NCBI RefSeq assembly: GCF_001194135.2
Contig: NC_068989.1
Location: 47,029,482 to 47,084,903 of the forward strand
Direction of reading: 5' to 3'
DNA from: Octopus bimaculoides
Lineage: Eukaryota
Length of the DNA stretch: 55,422 nucleotides
Shown: in pieces, positions 35,383 to 45,944 of the stretch
Position numbering within the stretch: the stretch's first letter is position 1
How the letters are laid out: each line of letters opens with the position of its first letter
Translations under genes and position numbers: made by a program
The notes under the pieces: generated by a model
Told to the model about the DNA's origin: nothing
What the model saw: the letters and a program-made list of their open reading frames with translations, nothing else
Databases searched by the model: none

Positions 35383-35976
35383 CATGGAATTTCATGGAAA
35401 GACTAGCTACAGACTTTGACATTTGTAGCGATATTAAGTCCCGAAAAGATTCTGAAGATTCACATATCACCGTTTCGTACTGAAACAAGATACGGAGGTT
35501 GATTATGGTAGAAATTTTCACAGATTTGCAAATCCCTGTCGGAAAGATACCTGGGAAACTTTACACGGAAAGGATGGATGTTAGCAGATTTAAACTGCAC
35601 TTCGAAATTCTTCAGCTTGAAAATGGGCCTACAAAACGATCGGCTGTGCATACAAGGAAGCGTTATAAAATCCTCTCATTTATTAAAAAGCAACTGCTGA
35701 AAGGTCGTCTTGGCCATAGTTCAAATGTTCAATTAAACAAGCAAAATAATTAAATAGCATGTTTATATAAGCATGTGTGTGTGTGTGTGAGTGTGTGTGT
35801 GTGGTCGTACATATGCTTATGTCTGTTTGTGTTTTTTAATATACTCCCAGGGAATCGAGAACGGAATGCTATGTTTGGTGTATTTCTTCTGGCAATTAGA
35901 AATATCAATATATGCCTATGAACGAGGATTTCATCTGGCGATACTTCAGTTTATGCTCGAAACACACACACACACA

Positions 35977-36034
<58 letters not shown>

Positions 36035-36073
36035 NNNNNNNNNNNNNNNNNNNNNNNNNNNNNNNNNNNNNNN

Positions 36074-36109
<36 letters not shown>

Positions 36110-36133
36110 CGATTGTAGAACACGACTGTCACT

Positions 36134-36179
36134 AGATAAACCTGATGATTGCGTAACACATGAAAGTACTAGTTTATTT
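36134..36179 (+). ncRNA. Minimal type-I hammerhead ribozyme-like motif
   Basis: AGAUAAAC-CUGAUGA-UUGCGUAACACAU-GAAA-GUAC-UA-GUUUAUUU. 8-bp stem I (one G-U), complete core, palindromic AGUACU stem III, CUA triplet; stem II imperfect. Confidence 0.5.
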
Positions 36180-36453
36180 CAATATTGTAAAATTGTAAAA
36201 ATTGCAAATAACAAAACGTGAAAATCAGACTAAGCCGAAGGTTTATTAATTAATACATGTACGTATATGTATGCATGTATGTATGCCGTTATACAGTTTT
36301 ATTTCAAGATTTCTTGCCGATAGAGAAAGAGCCGATTCTTACCCTAAATCAAAGGCTCCTTCATTGGAATTTCAACATCAACAATACCGTATTTTTGTAT
36401 GTATGTATGTATGTATGTATGTATGTATGTATGCATGTATGCATGTATGCATG

Positions 36454-36937
36454 AAGATTTGTATGTTTTGTTTTTTGTATCTCTTCTCATGCATGTAGTT
36501 GCATATCTAGACATGCTCATATATACTTAAACGTTAAACTTCTGGAAAGTTTTATAGATTTTACAGTTCCATTGATGCCTTGGATCTGTATTCTTCGAAT
36601 CAGCTTCCTCCTTTCTGGTTTTGAGTATCCTCATTTCTCAGGATTAGTATTTAGGCAGTGTGTTACATATCCCAGTTCCCCAATAATTACAGGTATAAAC
36701 CTGAACTTGTAATCTGGATAGAGTAACTGCAGATTTCTCAATAGTTCAGCATAGGTATTCTCTTTTTCACTGATCTTCAGCTTTATGTTAACATCCAGTG
36801 GGCAGCTGGTTTCCACAACTGTACACAGTTTCTCTTCTCTATCCCAAATCATTATATCAGGCCTGTTGAGGTTTGCACTGAGACATTCCACCTGGACTCC
36901 TTTGTATTATGAGTGGCTATTATAGTGTGGGAACTTG
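36454..36937 (-). mobile_element. 5'-truncated RLE-type non-LTR retrotransposon (R4/NeSL-like), second family
   Basis: NRPDIMIWDREEKLCTVVETSCPLDVNIKLKISEKENTYAELLRNLQLLYPDYKFRFIPVIIGELGYV is a PD-(D/E)xK RLE domain with the C-terminal P(V/I)IG.LG motif. (GTAT)n on both sides. Confidence 0.8.
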
Positions 36938-36946
36938 GTATGTATG

Positions 36947-36977
<31 letters not shown>

Positions 36978-36987
36978 CGTTTATATT

Positions 36988-37200
36988 TTACTTCCTTTAG
37001 TCATTAGACCTCGCTTATGCTAGGGTTGCGCTCTGAAGAATTTTTGTCGAACGAATAGACCCCGGTACTTATTTTGTTTTTAAACCTGGTACTTATTGTA
37101 TCGGTATCTTTAGCCGAATCCGTAAGTTATGAGAACATAAACAAACCAACAACGGTTGTCAAGCGATGGTAGAAGACAAATACAGACACAAAGACACATG
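36988..37200 (-). mobile_element. SINE family B, 3' half (diverged)
   Basis: gtcgaacgaatagaccccggtactt...ttagccgaatccgtaagttatg...ggttgtcaagcgatgg. Confidence 0.75.
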
Positions 37201-38074
37201 CATTCACACTTATATATAAACATAAATAGATGTGTGTGTGTGTGAGAGAGAGAGAGAGGGGGGATCAAACGAAGCGTAAGTAGCGCTGGGCATATTTGGT
37301 AGGTGAGGAATAGAATTTTTATATCAATTTGACTCTGTTCCGCATTAATTAAAGGTTCGTGGGCGCGTTGGACACATCCATCTTTAAGCATACAAAGCTG
37401 AGTTTTACTGTTTTATATATTATGCACATATGTATATGTATGCATATATATGTATACATTCACATACATACCCACAAACACCCAACATACACACATATAT
37501 ATACGTATAAGTGGGAGGGTGTATGTGTTTCTCCGCACTGGTTTACTTTATTACAATACTATAATGTTGAATTCATTTACTGGACCAGTGACACGTATGC
37601 ATATAGGCCGTGTATTTGTATTCGAAAATATGTTAATAATTCTCACATATGTCACACGTAGATATGATGAACACACACTCGTTTGTACGCATGTGTATCA
37701 ATAGAGTTGTATATAAACATGAACATCTAACTATTTAATATTTCAACTATTGAATATGTCAAGTTGTAATGTTTGTGTATTTCCCAAGTGTATGAACACT
37801 GTACGCAAAGGAAATGGTTCCATCTTAGAAATTGCAACTAAACAGCTAAGACTACTTCCTAGTGCATTTATTAAACGGGTTTAAAATAATAGGACAATAT
37901 TATTACTAATATATGCAGAAGGTTCTGTGTGATAACATTATTTATACTTGGAATGTCGTGAAATATAAGAGGCCGACACAAAAAATAGGTCAGTATGATC
38001 CCAAGAACAGGTTAGTGTGAAGACATAGAGCAATGATATGATTCTCAAAAAAAAAAAAAAAAGTATTATATACG

Positions 38075-38222
38075 ACTGCGTGGTTTCTATCCGCTTGGAT
38101 TCGGGTTCAGTCTCATTGTACGGCACCTTGAGCAAGTGTTTTTTTTAATATTACCTGGGCTGGCCAGTGCCTTGTGAGTGAATTTGGTAGAGGGGCATGT
38201 GTATAGAAGACTGTCGAATATA
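38075..38222 (+). mobile_element. SINE family B, 5' half (diverged)
   Basis: gggttcagtctcattgtacggcaccttgagcaagtg...gccttgtgagtgaatttggtag. Confidence 0.75.
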
Positions 38223-38223
38223 T

Positions 38224-38284
<61 letters not shown>

Positions 38285-38754
38285 AGTATTTCAGCCCTAT
38301 ATATACAGATATTTGTATATGTGAATACATATAAATACATACATGCATACCTCCTGCCTACCTCCATGCATACATACATACATACATAATGCATACATAA
38401 ATACATACGTACATGCAAATATACATAAATTTATGTGTGCTCGCGCGTGCGCGTCTTTAAGTTTAATCAGTTCGCTCGACTAAAACTTTCCAAGGTGGTG
38501 CTCCAGCTTGATCATAATGACTGAGACATGTAAAAAAATACAAGAATAAAGGAAATTTTATAATCACCGCCATCGCAACAGTATTACGTAACTCTGCTAG
38601 TAGTACTACGGCCATCACAGTCGCAGCTCCATCGGTGACCATCACGTCTGTAAGCACAACTTCTGTTACTACCACTGCTTCTGGTACCATACGTACGCCG
38701 ACGTACGATGTCTAAAAGAAACTCCTTCAGATGGCAGCAGACAAAATATTTACC

Positions 38755-39215
38755 ATGTCGGATATGATACTTAGCCGCATTTCCTTCTGGCTCAGAGTTC
38801 GGATACAGCCGAAGTCGACTTTGCCTTTCATCCTTTCGAGGGTTGATAAAATAAGTAGCAGTTGAGAACTTCGGGGCGATGTAATCGACTAACCCTCATC
38901 CCCAATTCTAAAGCATTGTGCCTATTATAGAAAGGATTACTATTAATGGGGTGGGGATGACAGAATCCTTAGCGCGTCCCACAAAGTGCTTAGCGGTATT
39001 TTTTCGGCTCTTTCCGCTATAAGTTCAAATGCTACTGTGACCGACTTTGCTTTTCATCCTTTCAGGATGGATAAAATAAAATACCAGTTGAACCGGGGTT
39101 GTTGTGGTCGACTATCTCCCTCCCCTAAAAAAAAAGCTGGAGTCGTTGTAATCGACTAGCCCCCCCCCCCACCTAAAAACATTTCAAGCCTTATGCCTCT
39201 GGTAGATAGGATTAT
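38755..39215 (+). mobile_element. Head-to-tail array of about 3 SINE family C units
   Basis: Repeated gactttgc.tttcatcctttc..gataaaataa..accag cores separated by aggattactatt-type tails. Confidence 0.8.
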
Positions 39216-39219
39216 TATT

Positions 39220-39587
39220 GAGTGAGAGAGCAGTCCTTGCCATCAAAGTGACACTGGGGTAAAATATAAGAAGCCCATTATACCCATCGCACATGCATCA
39301 CAACCATATGTGCGCGACATGGTGATCTCGTATCAAGATAAACAGCGCATGACAACGCAGGTGGGGCCCAGCTAGAATTTTCTTCAGGTCAAGTAGCCCA
39401 TCCCGCTCAAAAGGTCTCTGAATAAGGTTTGTTTAAGGATGTTGAGCAAAATACCAATGTTTCCAAAGGTGAATTATTCAAACCCCAAAGAATTCCTCTC
39501 AACACATGGCTATGATGCTCCCCCACTACTTCTGCTCATGGTCAGAGATGCACATATCGTCAACCACTAAGGGTCATGCTCAACTGG
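39220..39587 (-). mobile_element. Non-coding retroelement 3' fragment embedded in (ATT)n
   Basis: Non-SINE, non-coding segment ending (minus strand) ...ctctctcactcaataataat; (ATT)n on both sides. I recall it as a dispersed octopus repeat; the LINE 3'UTR assignment is inference. Confidence 0.45.
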
Positions 39588-39612
39588 TATTATTATTATT
39601 ATTATTATTATT

Positions 39613-39785
39613 AAGACGGTGAACGGACACAATCGTTAGCGCTTGAAAAGCAGCATTTCTTATAGCTTTTTACGTTCTGAGTTCAAATCTCGCTGAGATC
39701 AGCCTTGCTTATTATGCTTTCGAGTTCTATAAAACAAAATGCCATTCAAGTACTGGAGATGAAGGTATCTACTAGCTGTCCTGAA
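39613..39785 (+). mobile_element. SINE family C (diverged)
   Basis: aagacggtgaacggacacaatcgttagc...ttacgttctgagttcaaatctcgctgag. Confidence 0.65.
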
Positions 39786-40295
39786 CTTGTGTCAGAGCAA
39801 AATAAGCGCTTAGGGCATAAATGGAAGAGAAGTAGCACAGAAATTGTAAATGGTTTACGGCACAAAAGAAATCACTTTAAATTTGCTAAAATTATATTCG
39901 AAATGGTTTATATGATAGGAAATATAATTTCAAGATGTTCATGACGACAAAGTGAGGATCTGATCAAAGACTTTGCAACTAGAAAAAAAAAAACAAAAAA
40001 AAAAAAANNNNNNNNNNAAAAAAAAAAAAAAAAAAAAAAAAACAGGAGAAACCTCAAATGTAAATAAAGTGGAAGTAAACAAAAATAACCATTATTTTCC
40101 ATTTTCCTATAAGTTTTGTTTTATTATGGAAAATAAAAGATTATTTTATAGTTTATTATTGTTCATATTTTGAACTACATGTATAAGGGGGCACCAAAAT
40201 ATTTTAAGTGCTTAGGGTCACTATGGATCTTAATCCGGTCCTGCTATATACCATACATTATAAAGAATTCTTCTTATTATTATTACTGTAGCAGT

Positions 40296-40691
40296 TGTAG
40301 TTGTTGGCACTCCGTCACTTACGACGTCGAGGGTTCCAGTTGATCCGATCAACGGAACAGCCTGCTCGTGAAATTAACGTGCAAGTGGCTGAGCACTCCA
40401 CAGACACGTGTACCCTTAACGTAGTCCTCGGGGATATTCAGCATGACAGAGAGTGTGACAAGGCTGACCCTTTGGATTACAGGCACAACCAACAGAAACA
40501 GGAAGTAAGAGTGAGAGAAAGTTGTGGTGAAAGAGTACAGCAGGGTTCGCCACCATCCCCTGCCGGAGCCTCGTGGGGCTTGTAGGCGTTTTCGCTCAAT
40601 AAACACTCACAGCGCCCGGTCTGGGAATCGAAACCGCGATCCTGTGACCGCGAGTCCGCTGCCTTAACCACTGGGCCATTGCGCCTCCACC
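40296..40691 (-). mobile_element. SINE family A, full length with probable 11-bp TSD
   Basis: ACTGTAGCAGT (40285) and ACTGCAGCAGT (40692); complete head, body and tail. Confidence 0.95.
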
Positions 40692-40721
40692 ACTGCAGCA
40701 GTATCTTATTTATTATCAGCC

Positions 40722-40945
40722 AGCACTTAGAATCGTTAGCACACCGAGCGAAATACTCAGGTGGTATTTCGTCAGTCTTTACATTCTGAGTTCAAATTCC
40801 GCCGAGGTCGACTTTGCCATTCATCCTTTCGTGGTGTCGATAGATTAAGTACCAGTCAAGTGCTGAGGTCGACGATAGCGACTAACCCCCACCCCACCTC
40901 CACAAATTTCCGGACTTGTGCCTACAAGTAGAAATGATTATTATT
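40722..40945 (+). mobile_element. SINE family C
   Basis: gaatcgttagcacaccgagcgaaat...gaggtcgactttgccattcatcctttc; (ATT)n tail. Confidence 0.85.
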
Positions 40946-41009
40946 ATTATTATTATTATTGTAGAAGTAAACGGCATAACAGACAGCTACAGGCTTGTAA
41001 TATACTTCA

Positions 41010-41544
41010 GTGTCAACATTAACACCACCACCACCACCACCTCCATCATCATTGATACCTATTATCAAATGCAACATACGTCACACATGCCTTCGCCATC
41101 ACCGCCACAACAAATTCAGTAACTCCGCCATCACGATCACCACCACCATCATCACCATCATCATCATCATTATCATGATGAGCATCACCACTATTTAGGC
41201 CAACAACGTTGCTTTCACTTACACATTTGTATTGGTAATAAACATCAACAACAATTACAACAGCAAAAGGCCCCCCCTTCCCCCATCACGCCCACCCATC
41301 TCGCTTTGGGGTTTTATGTTTTTGGCTTTGTTTTGCTGCTTTGACGGTATTTCTAGTATACAATAGCAGTGTTTGTTAGCGAGTATATATACTTTTAACG
41401 ACTCTCAGCGGAACGAAACGGATTAACATTAACATACTTCCTTCATAATCACCAACAACATAAAACAACGAGTCTAACAACAGCTACTACTACTACTACT
41501 ACTACTACCATCAGCACCACCAGCGCCACCAGCATCATCACTAA

Positions 41545-41579
<35 letters not shown>

Positions 41580-41602
41580 TCGCCTGCATTTTCACCCCTC
41601 CC

Positions 41603-41638
<36 letters not shown>

Positions 41639-41810
41639 GTGTTAACGATTCTGCCAGCTCGCTGCTCTAAAGAATATAAAATAACATTCGTTCCAAATTT
41701 TTGCACAAGGCTAGCAAGTTCGGCCGGTTCCAGGTAAGTCTATTACATCTACCACCACCACCACCACCACTACTACTACTAGTCTCACCACTATCACATC
41801 GAAAAGCTAC
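41010..41810. repeat. Low-complexity (CAC/CAT/ACT)n region with a SINE-C fragment at 41640-41750
   Basis: Direct reading; source of the poly-Val/Ser/Thr/Ile ORFs. Confidence 0.85.
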
Positions 41811-41884
41811 TACGACTTGTCGTAACCACCGTTGTTATTGCGACTGTTGGCACTAATTAACAATAAATAGAGCAGTATATTTTG

Positions 41885-42070
41885 TGTTATCTTTTAGCTT
41901 CTTCCTTGTTTCAGCCATTGGTCTGCGGCCATGCTGGAGCAACCGCTTGAAGGCTTTTAAGTCGAACAAATCGACCCCGCTGCATATTTTATAAGTCTAG
42001 CCCTTATTGTATTGGTTACTTGGAAGTTATGGGGACATGAATAAATGAACATTGGTTCTCAAGCGATGGG
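41885..42070 (-). mobile_element. SINE family B, 3' half
   Basis: gtttcagccattggtctgcggccatgctggagc...gaacaaatcgacccc. Confidence 0.75.
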
Positions 42071-42074
42071 GGCG

Positions 42075-42445
42075 GGGTCAAAAACATATCGACCCTAGTG
42101 CTTAATTTGGTCTTTATTTTATCGACCACGAAAGGATGAAAACAAAGTCGACTTCGGTGGAATTTGAACTCAGAATGTAAAGACCAACGAAATGCTGCTA
42201 ACCATTTTGTTCAGCGTGTTAACAGTTCTGCCAGCTCGCTGTCCTAAAGAATATAAAAATAACATTGGTTTCAAATTTTTGCACAAAGCCTGCAAGTTTG
42301 GCAGGTTGTGGGTAAGTCGATTGCATCTACCTCTGTATCTCAAAAGATGGAAGGTAAAGTCGATTCAGAATGTAAAGACGGACACGAAATACTGCTAAGC
42401 ATTTTGTTCGGCGTTATAACGGTTCTTCCAGCTCGCTGCCCTAAC
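42075..42445 (-). mobile_element. Tandem SINE family C units with shared linker
   Basis: Two gcgagctgg.agaa heads, each preceded by the same atattc.ttag-type linker also seen at 41660-41700. Confidence 0.78.
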
Positions 42446-42469
42446 GAATATTGAAATATATTACTTAGA

Positions 42470-43215
42470 TAAGTTTCAGCCGAAGTTGACTCAGGCCATG
42501 TCTAATTTAATAGCACCACCTGGAAGAGATACACAGTCATTCGAGCAGAGAGTTATTGATTTCAGTGACATATCCAGGTGTGGGTGGTTTGTCTGGTAAT
42601 CATCTAGGGACCGTTTGAAAGTCGTGAAATCACTTCCTCCTTTATGTGGGCTGGCACGGTGTTGGAGAGAGCAGGACAAGTTGAGGTGAAATAGTTCTGT
42701 CGTAGTGTTGTGATACAACACGAACATGATTTCTGTGGTGGGCGGATCACACGGGGGCCAAGCGTCGGATGAATTGTAATGTTGATACCAATATCATTTG
42801 GGCAATGTTGATGGAATATTTTCCACATCATACAGATGATATAGCGCTCACGGCGGCGTTGGAGGGAGCAAAGTCTAAGCTTATTGAATCGATCCCAATA
42901 GTCAAGGCATGTCATGTCATCTATTTTTTTTTTTGACTGATCTCTGGGGATCTTCAATTTCCATAATATTCTGTATCGTGTGGGGCGAGGTGGGCACAAC
43001 GGTCAACAGTATTCATGGTAAGGGCAAGCAATAGTAGAAAAAAGTAGGATAATGGTAGGGACATCTCTAGACGGGAAAGTCTCGAGGATCCAGTAGCATG
43101 CCCTGCGAGCCATGTCAGCATTCCTGTTTATGTGAGCACTCCAGCTAATTTTGTTGTCTAAATAACATCGGCATGGTTTGAAATCAAAAAATTTAAACAC
43201 CTAAGCTAAATTAAC
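42470..43215 (-). mobile_element. CR1/L2-superclade LINE 3' fragment (decayed ORF2 C-terminus)
   Basis: ISWSAHINRNADMARRACYWILETF...EYCCPLWCP...YWDRFNKLRLCSLQRRRERYIICMMWKI is the post-RT 'Y.ERL..L.L.SL.RRR' motif of CR1-like ORF2; frameshifted. Confidence 0.8.
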
Positions 43216-43337
43216 TAAACACTATACATCAAATTATCAGTGCTTTTGTCGTTGAAATCGTAAACTTCGACGATTACGGACTTTTCGCCATACACGATTT
43301 TGTGCAAATCTCTTCACGGTTGATACCAGACATTATA

Positions 43338-43548
43338 CAGGGTGTCCACAAAGTCTGGGTACACAGAGTAAATAAAATCATATCATAAACAATTAAATAT
43401 ACGAAATAATAATTTCTTAAAGTATGTGTAAATCTCCATGTGGGTACATGGAGTAAATAAAATCATAACATAAACAATTAAATATAAGAAATAATAATTT
43501 CTTAAAGTATGTGTTAATCCCGTGTACCTAGACTTTGTGGACACCCTG
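43338..43548. mobile_element. Tc1/mariner-type MITE (TA TSD, 27-bp TIRs)
   Basis: TA|CAGGGTGTCCACAAAGTCTGGGTACAC...GTGTACCTAGACTTTGTGGACACCCTG|TA (1 mismatch); internal ~85-bp tandem duplication. Confidence 0.93.
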
Positions 43549-44456
43549 TATATCTGAAAGGGATTTCCTTTATCGGTACTGCTGCTGAAGGCCAGATATT
43601 GAGTTATAAATATTACATCTGTACAACCTCCAACAATAGCATTTGGAATTGCTTCAATAGAATATGGTTTCTTGAATTTTCATTTGCATTATCGTTTGCA
43701 TTCTTTCACACACACACACATACGCGCACACACACACAAGACCAGCTGTTACAATTCTCGCCTCTCTTCAGAAGATAGCAGAGTAGCAATATCTGGCTAT
43801 GTTGAAATATGCAGTAAACACATAGTTTGTTCACTCTGTAATATTGATTTCTTTCGTGTTGCGAATTAGTGATCACCGGATCGAAATCTATATAAACACA
43901 AACGCACGCGCATATTTGCATGTATTTGTGTGTATATATATATATTTGTATGCGTATATATATATATNNNNNNNNNNNNNNNNNNNNNNNNNNNNNNNNN
44001 NNNNNNNNNNNNNNNNNNNNNNNNNNNNNNNNNNNNNNNNNNNNNNNNNNNNNNNNNNNNNNNNNNNNNNNNNNNNNNNNNNNNNNNNNNNNNNNNNNNN
44101 NNNNNNNNNNNNNNNNNNNNNNNNNNNNNNNNNNNNNNNNNNNNNNNNNNNNNNNNNNNNNNNNNNNNNNNNNNNNNNNNNNNNNNNNNNNNNNNNNNNN
44201 NNNNNNNNNNNNNNNNNNNNNNNNNNNNNNNNNNNNNNNNNNNNNNNNNNNNNNNNNNNNNNNNNNNNNNNNNNNNNNNNNNNNNNNNNNNNNNNNNNNN
44301 NNNNNNNNNNNNNNNNNNNNNNNNNNNNNNNNNNNNNNNNNNNNNNNNNNNNNNNNNNNNNNNNNNNNNNNNNNNNNNNNNNNNNNNNNNNNNNNNNNNN
44401 NNNNNNNNNNNNNATATATATAAACACACACATGCACACAAACACAAACACACACA

Positions 44457-44507
<51 letters not shown>

Positions 44508-44609
44508 GTACGTATACACAAGGTCCCCTTGTCTCCTTCGCTATTGGTATTTCCTTCCTGTTCATGAAGCTAGGTAGATTAACGCTAATTGGTAGATTAC
44601 GACTAATGT

Positions 44610-44660
44610 AGGTCAACTGAGGTGAAGTTAGGTGGGATCAGGTGAGGTCAGACGAGGTCA
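44610..44660 (+). repeat. Degenerate AGGTNN array with 10-bp period, including a perfect AGGTCA DR4
   Basis: AGGTCA-actg-AGGTGA-agtt-AGGTGG-gatc-AGGTG/AGGTCA-gacg-AGGTCA. Confidence 0.7.
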
Positions 44661-44999
44661 GGTAATACAGTTCATATTAGATTCTTTTAGATTAGATACG
44701 AGTACATTAAATATGTGAACATGCGCCCCGCACGCGCGTCTATGTGTCTGTGTACGTGTGTGCGTGCGTCTGTGTGCAGTGCACGTGTGTTTGTGTGTGT
44801 GCGTTATATTTTTATGGTTGTGATGTTCGTAGATGTTGTTTTCCTGTCGGGTGGGTTTCAGATTAACAGGGGTATTGCTGTTAGTAATGTAGGCAACGAA
44901 CGCTGTCCCCGCTGTAGTAGTAGTAGTAGTAGTAGTAGTAGTAATAGTAGTAGTAGTAGTAGTTACTTTTGTTAGTGTTGATGCGGCTGCAAAGGATAG

Positions 45000-45038
<39 letters not shown>

Positions 45039-45046
45039 GTATGTAT

Positions 45047-45431
45047 AGGCGCTAGAATGGCTGTGTGGTTAGTTCCTTGCTTACCAACCACATGGTTCCG
45101 GGTTCAATCCCACTTCATGGCATCTTGAGCAAGTGTCTTCTACTATACCCTCGGGCCGACCAAAGCCTTGTGAGTGGATTTGGTTGACGGAAACTGAAAG
45201 AAGCCCGTCGTATATATGTCTATATATGTGTGTGTGTATGTTTGTGCGTCTGTGTTTACCCCCCCCCCTTAGCATTGCTTGACAACCGATGCTAGTGTGT
45301 TTATGTCCCCATCACATAGCGGTTCGGCAAAAGAGGCCGATAAAATAAGTTATAGGCTTACAAAGAATAAGTCCCGGGGTCGATTTGCTGGACTAAAGGC
45401 GGTGTTCCAGCATGGCTGCAATCAAATAACT
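45047..45431 (+). mobile_element. SINE family B, near full length (cut by gap)
   Basis: aggcgctagaatggctgtgtggtt head, catcttgagcaagtgtcttc, 3' ggggtcgatttgctggactaaaggcggtg. Confidence 0.9.
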
Positions 45432-45760
45432 NNNNNNNNNNNNNNNNNNNNNNNNNNNNNNNNNNNNNNNNNNNNNNNNNNNNNNNNNNNNNNNNNNNNN
45501 NNNNNNNNNNNNNNNNNNNNNNNNNNNNNNNNNNNNNNNNNNNNNNNNNNNNNNNNNNNNNNNNNNNNNNNNNNNNNNNNNNNNNNNNNNNNNNNNNNNN
45601 NNNNNNNNNNNNNNNNNNNNNNNNNNNNNNNNNNNNNNNNNNNNNNNNNNNNNNNNNNNNNNNNNNNNNNNNNNNNNNNNNNNNNNNNNNNNNNNNNNNN
45701 NNNNNNNNNNNNNNNNNNNNNNNNNNNNNNNNNNNNNNNNNNNNNNNNNNNNNNNNNNNN

Positions 45761-45811
<51 letters not shown>

Positions 45812-45897
45812 GCGTTTGTAGCGTGGCAGTCTTAATTTAGTCTTAGGCATTCAGAAACCCACAAAACTTTTAACTCCACTTAAACATTTACTTGTAG

Positions 45898-45944
45898 AAT
45901 AGTGTCAAAATTTCCGTCGCTCGAAACTGCGCGCCGGAACATAG
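45898..45944 (+). other. Candidate 47-bp exon (unassigned)
   Basis: Acceptor acatttacttgtag, donor TAG|gtatgt; frame NSVKISVARNCAPEH would join the chromodomain exon in frame. No homology to a CBX exon 2. Confidence 0.15.

Noticed and set aside
38560-38715. Thr/Ser-rich mucin-like reading frame
   Set aside because: Degenerate (ACN)n low-complexity sequence without splice signals; similar tracts are common in the window.
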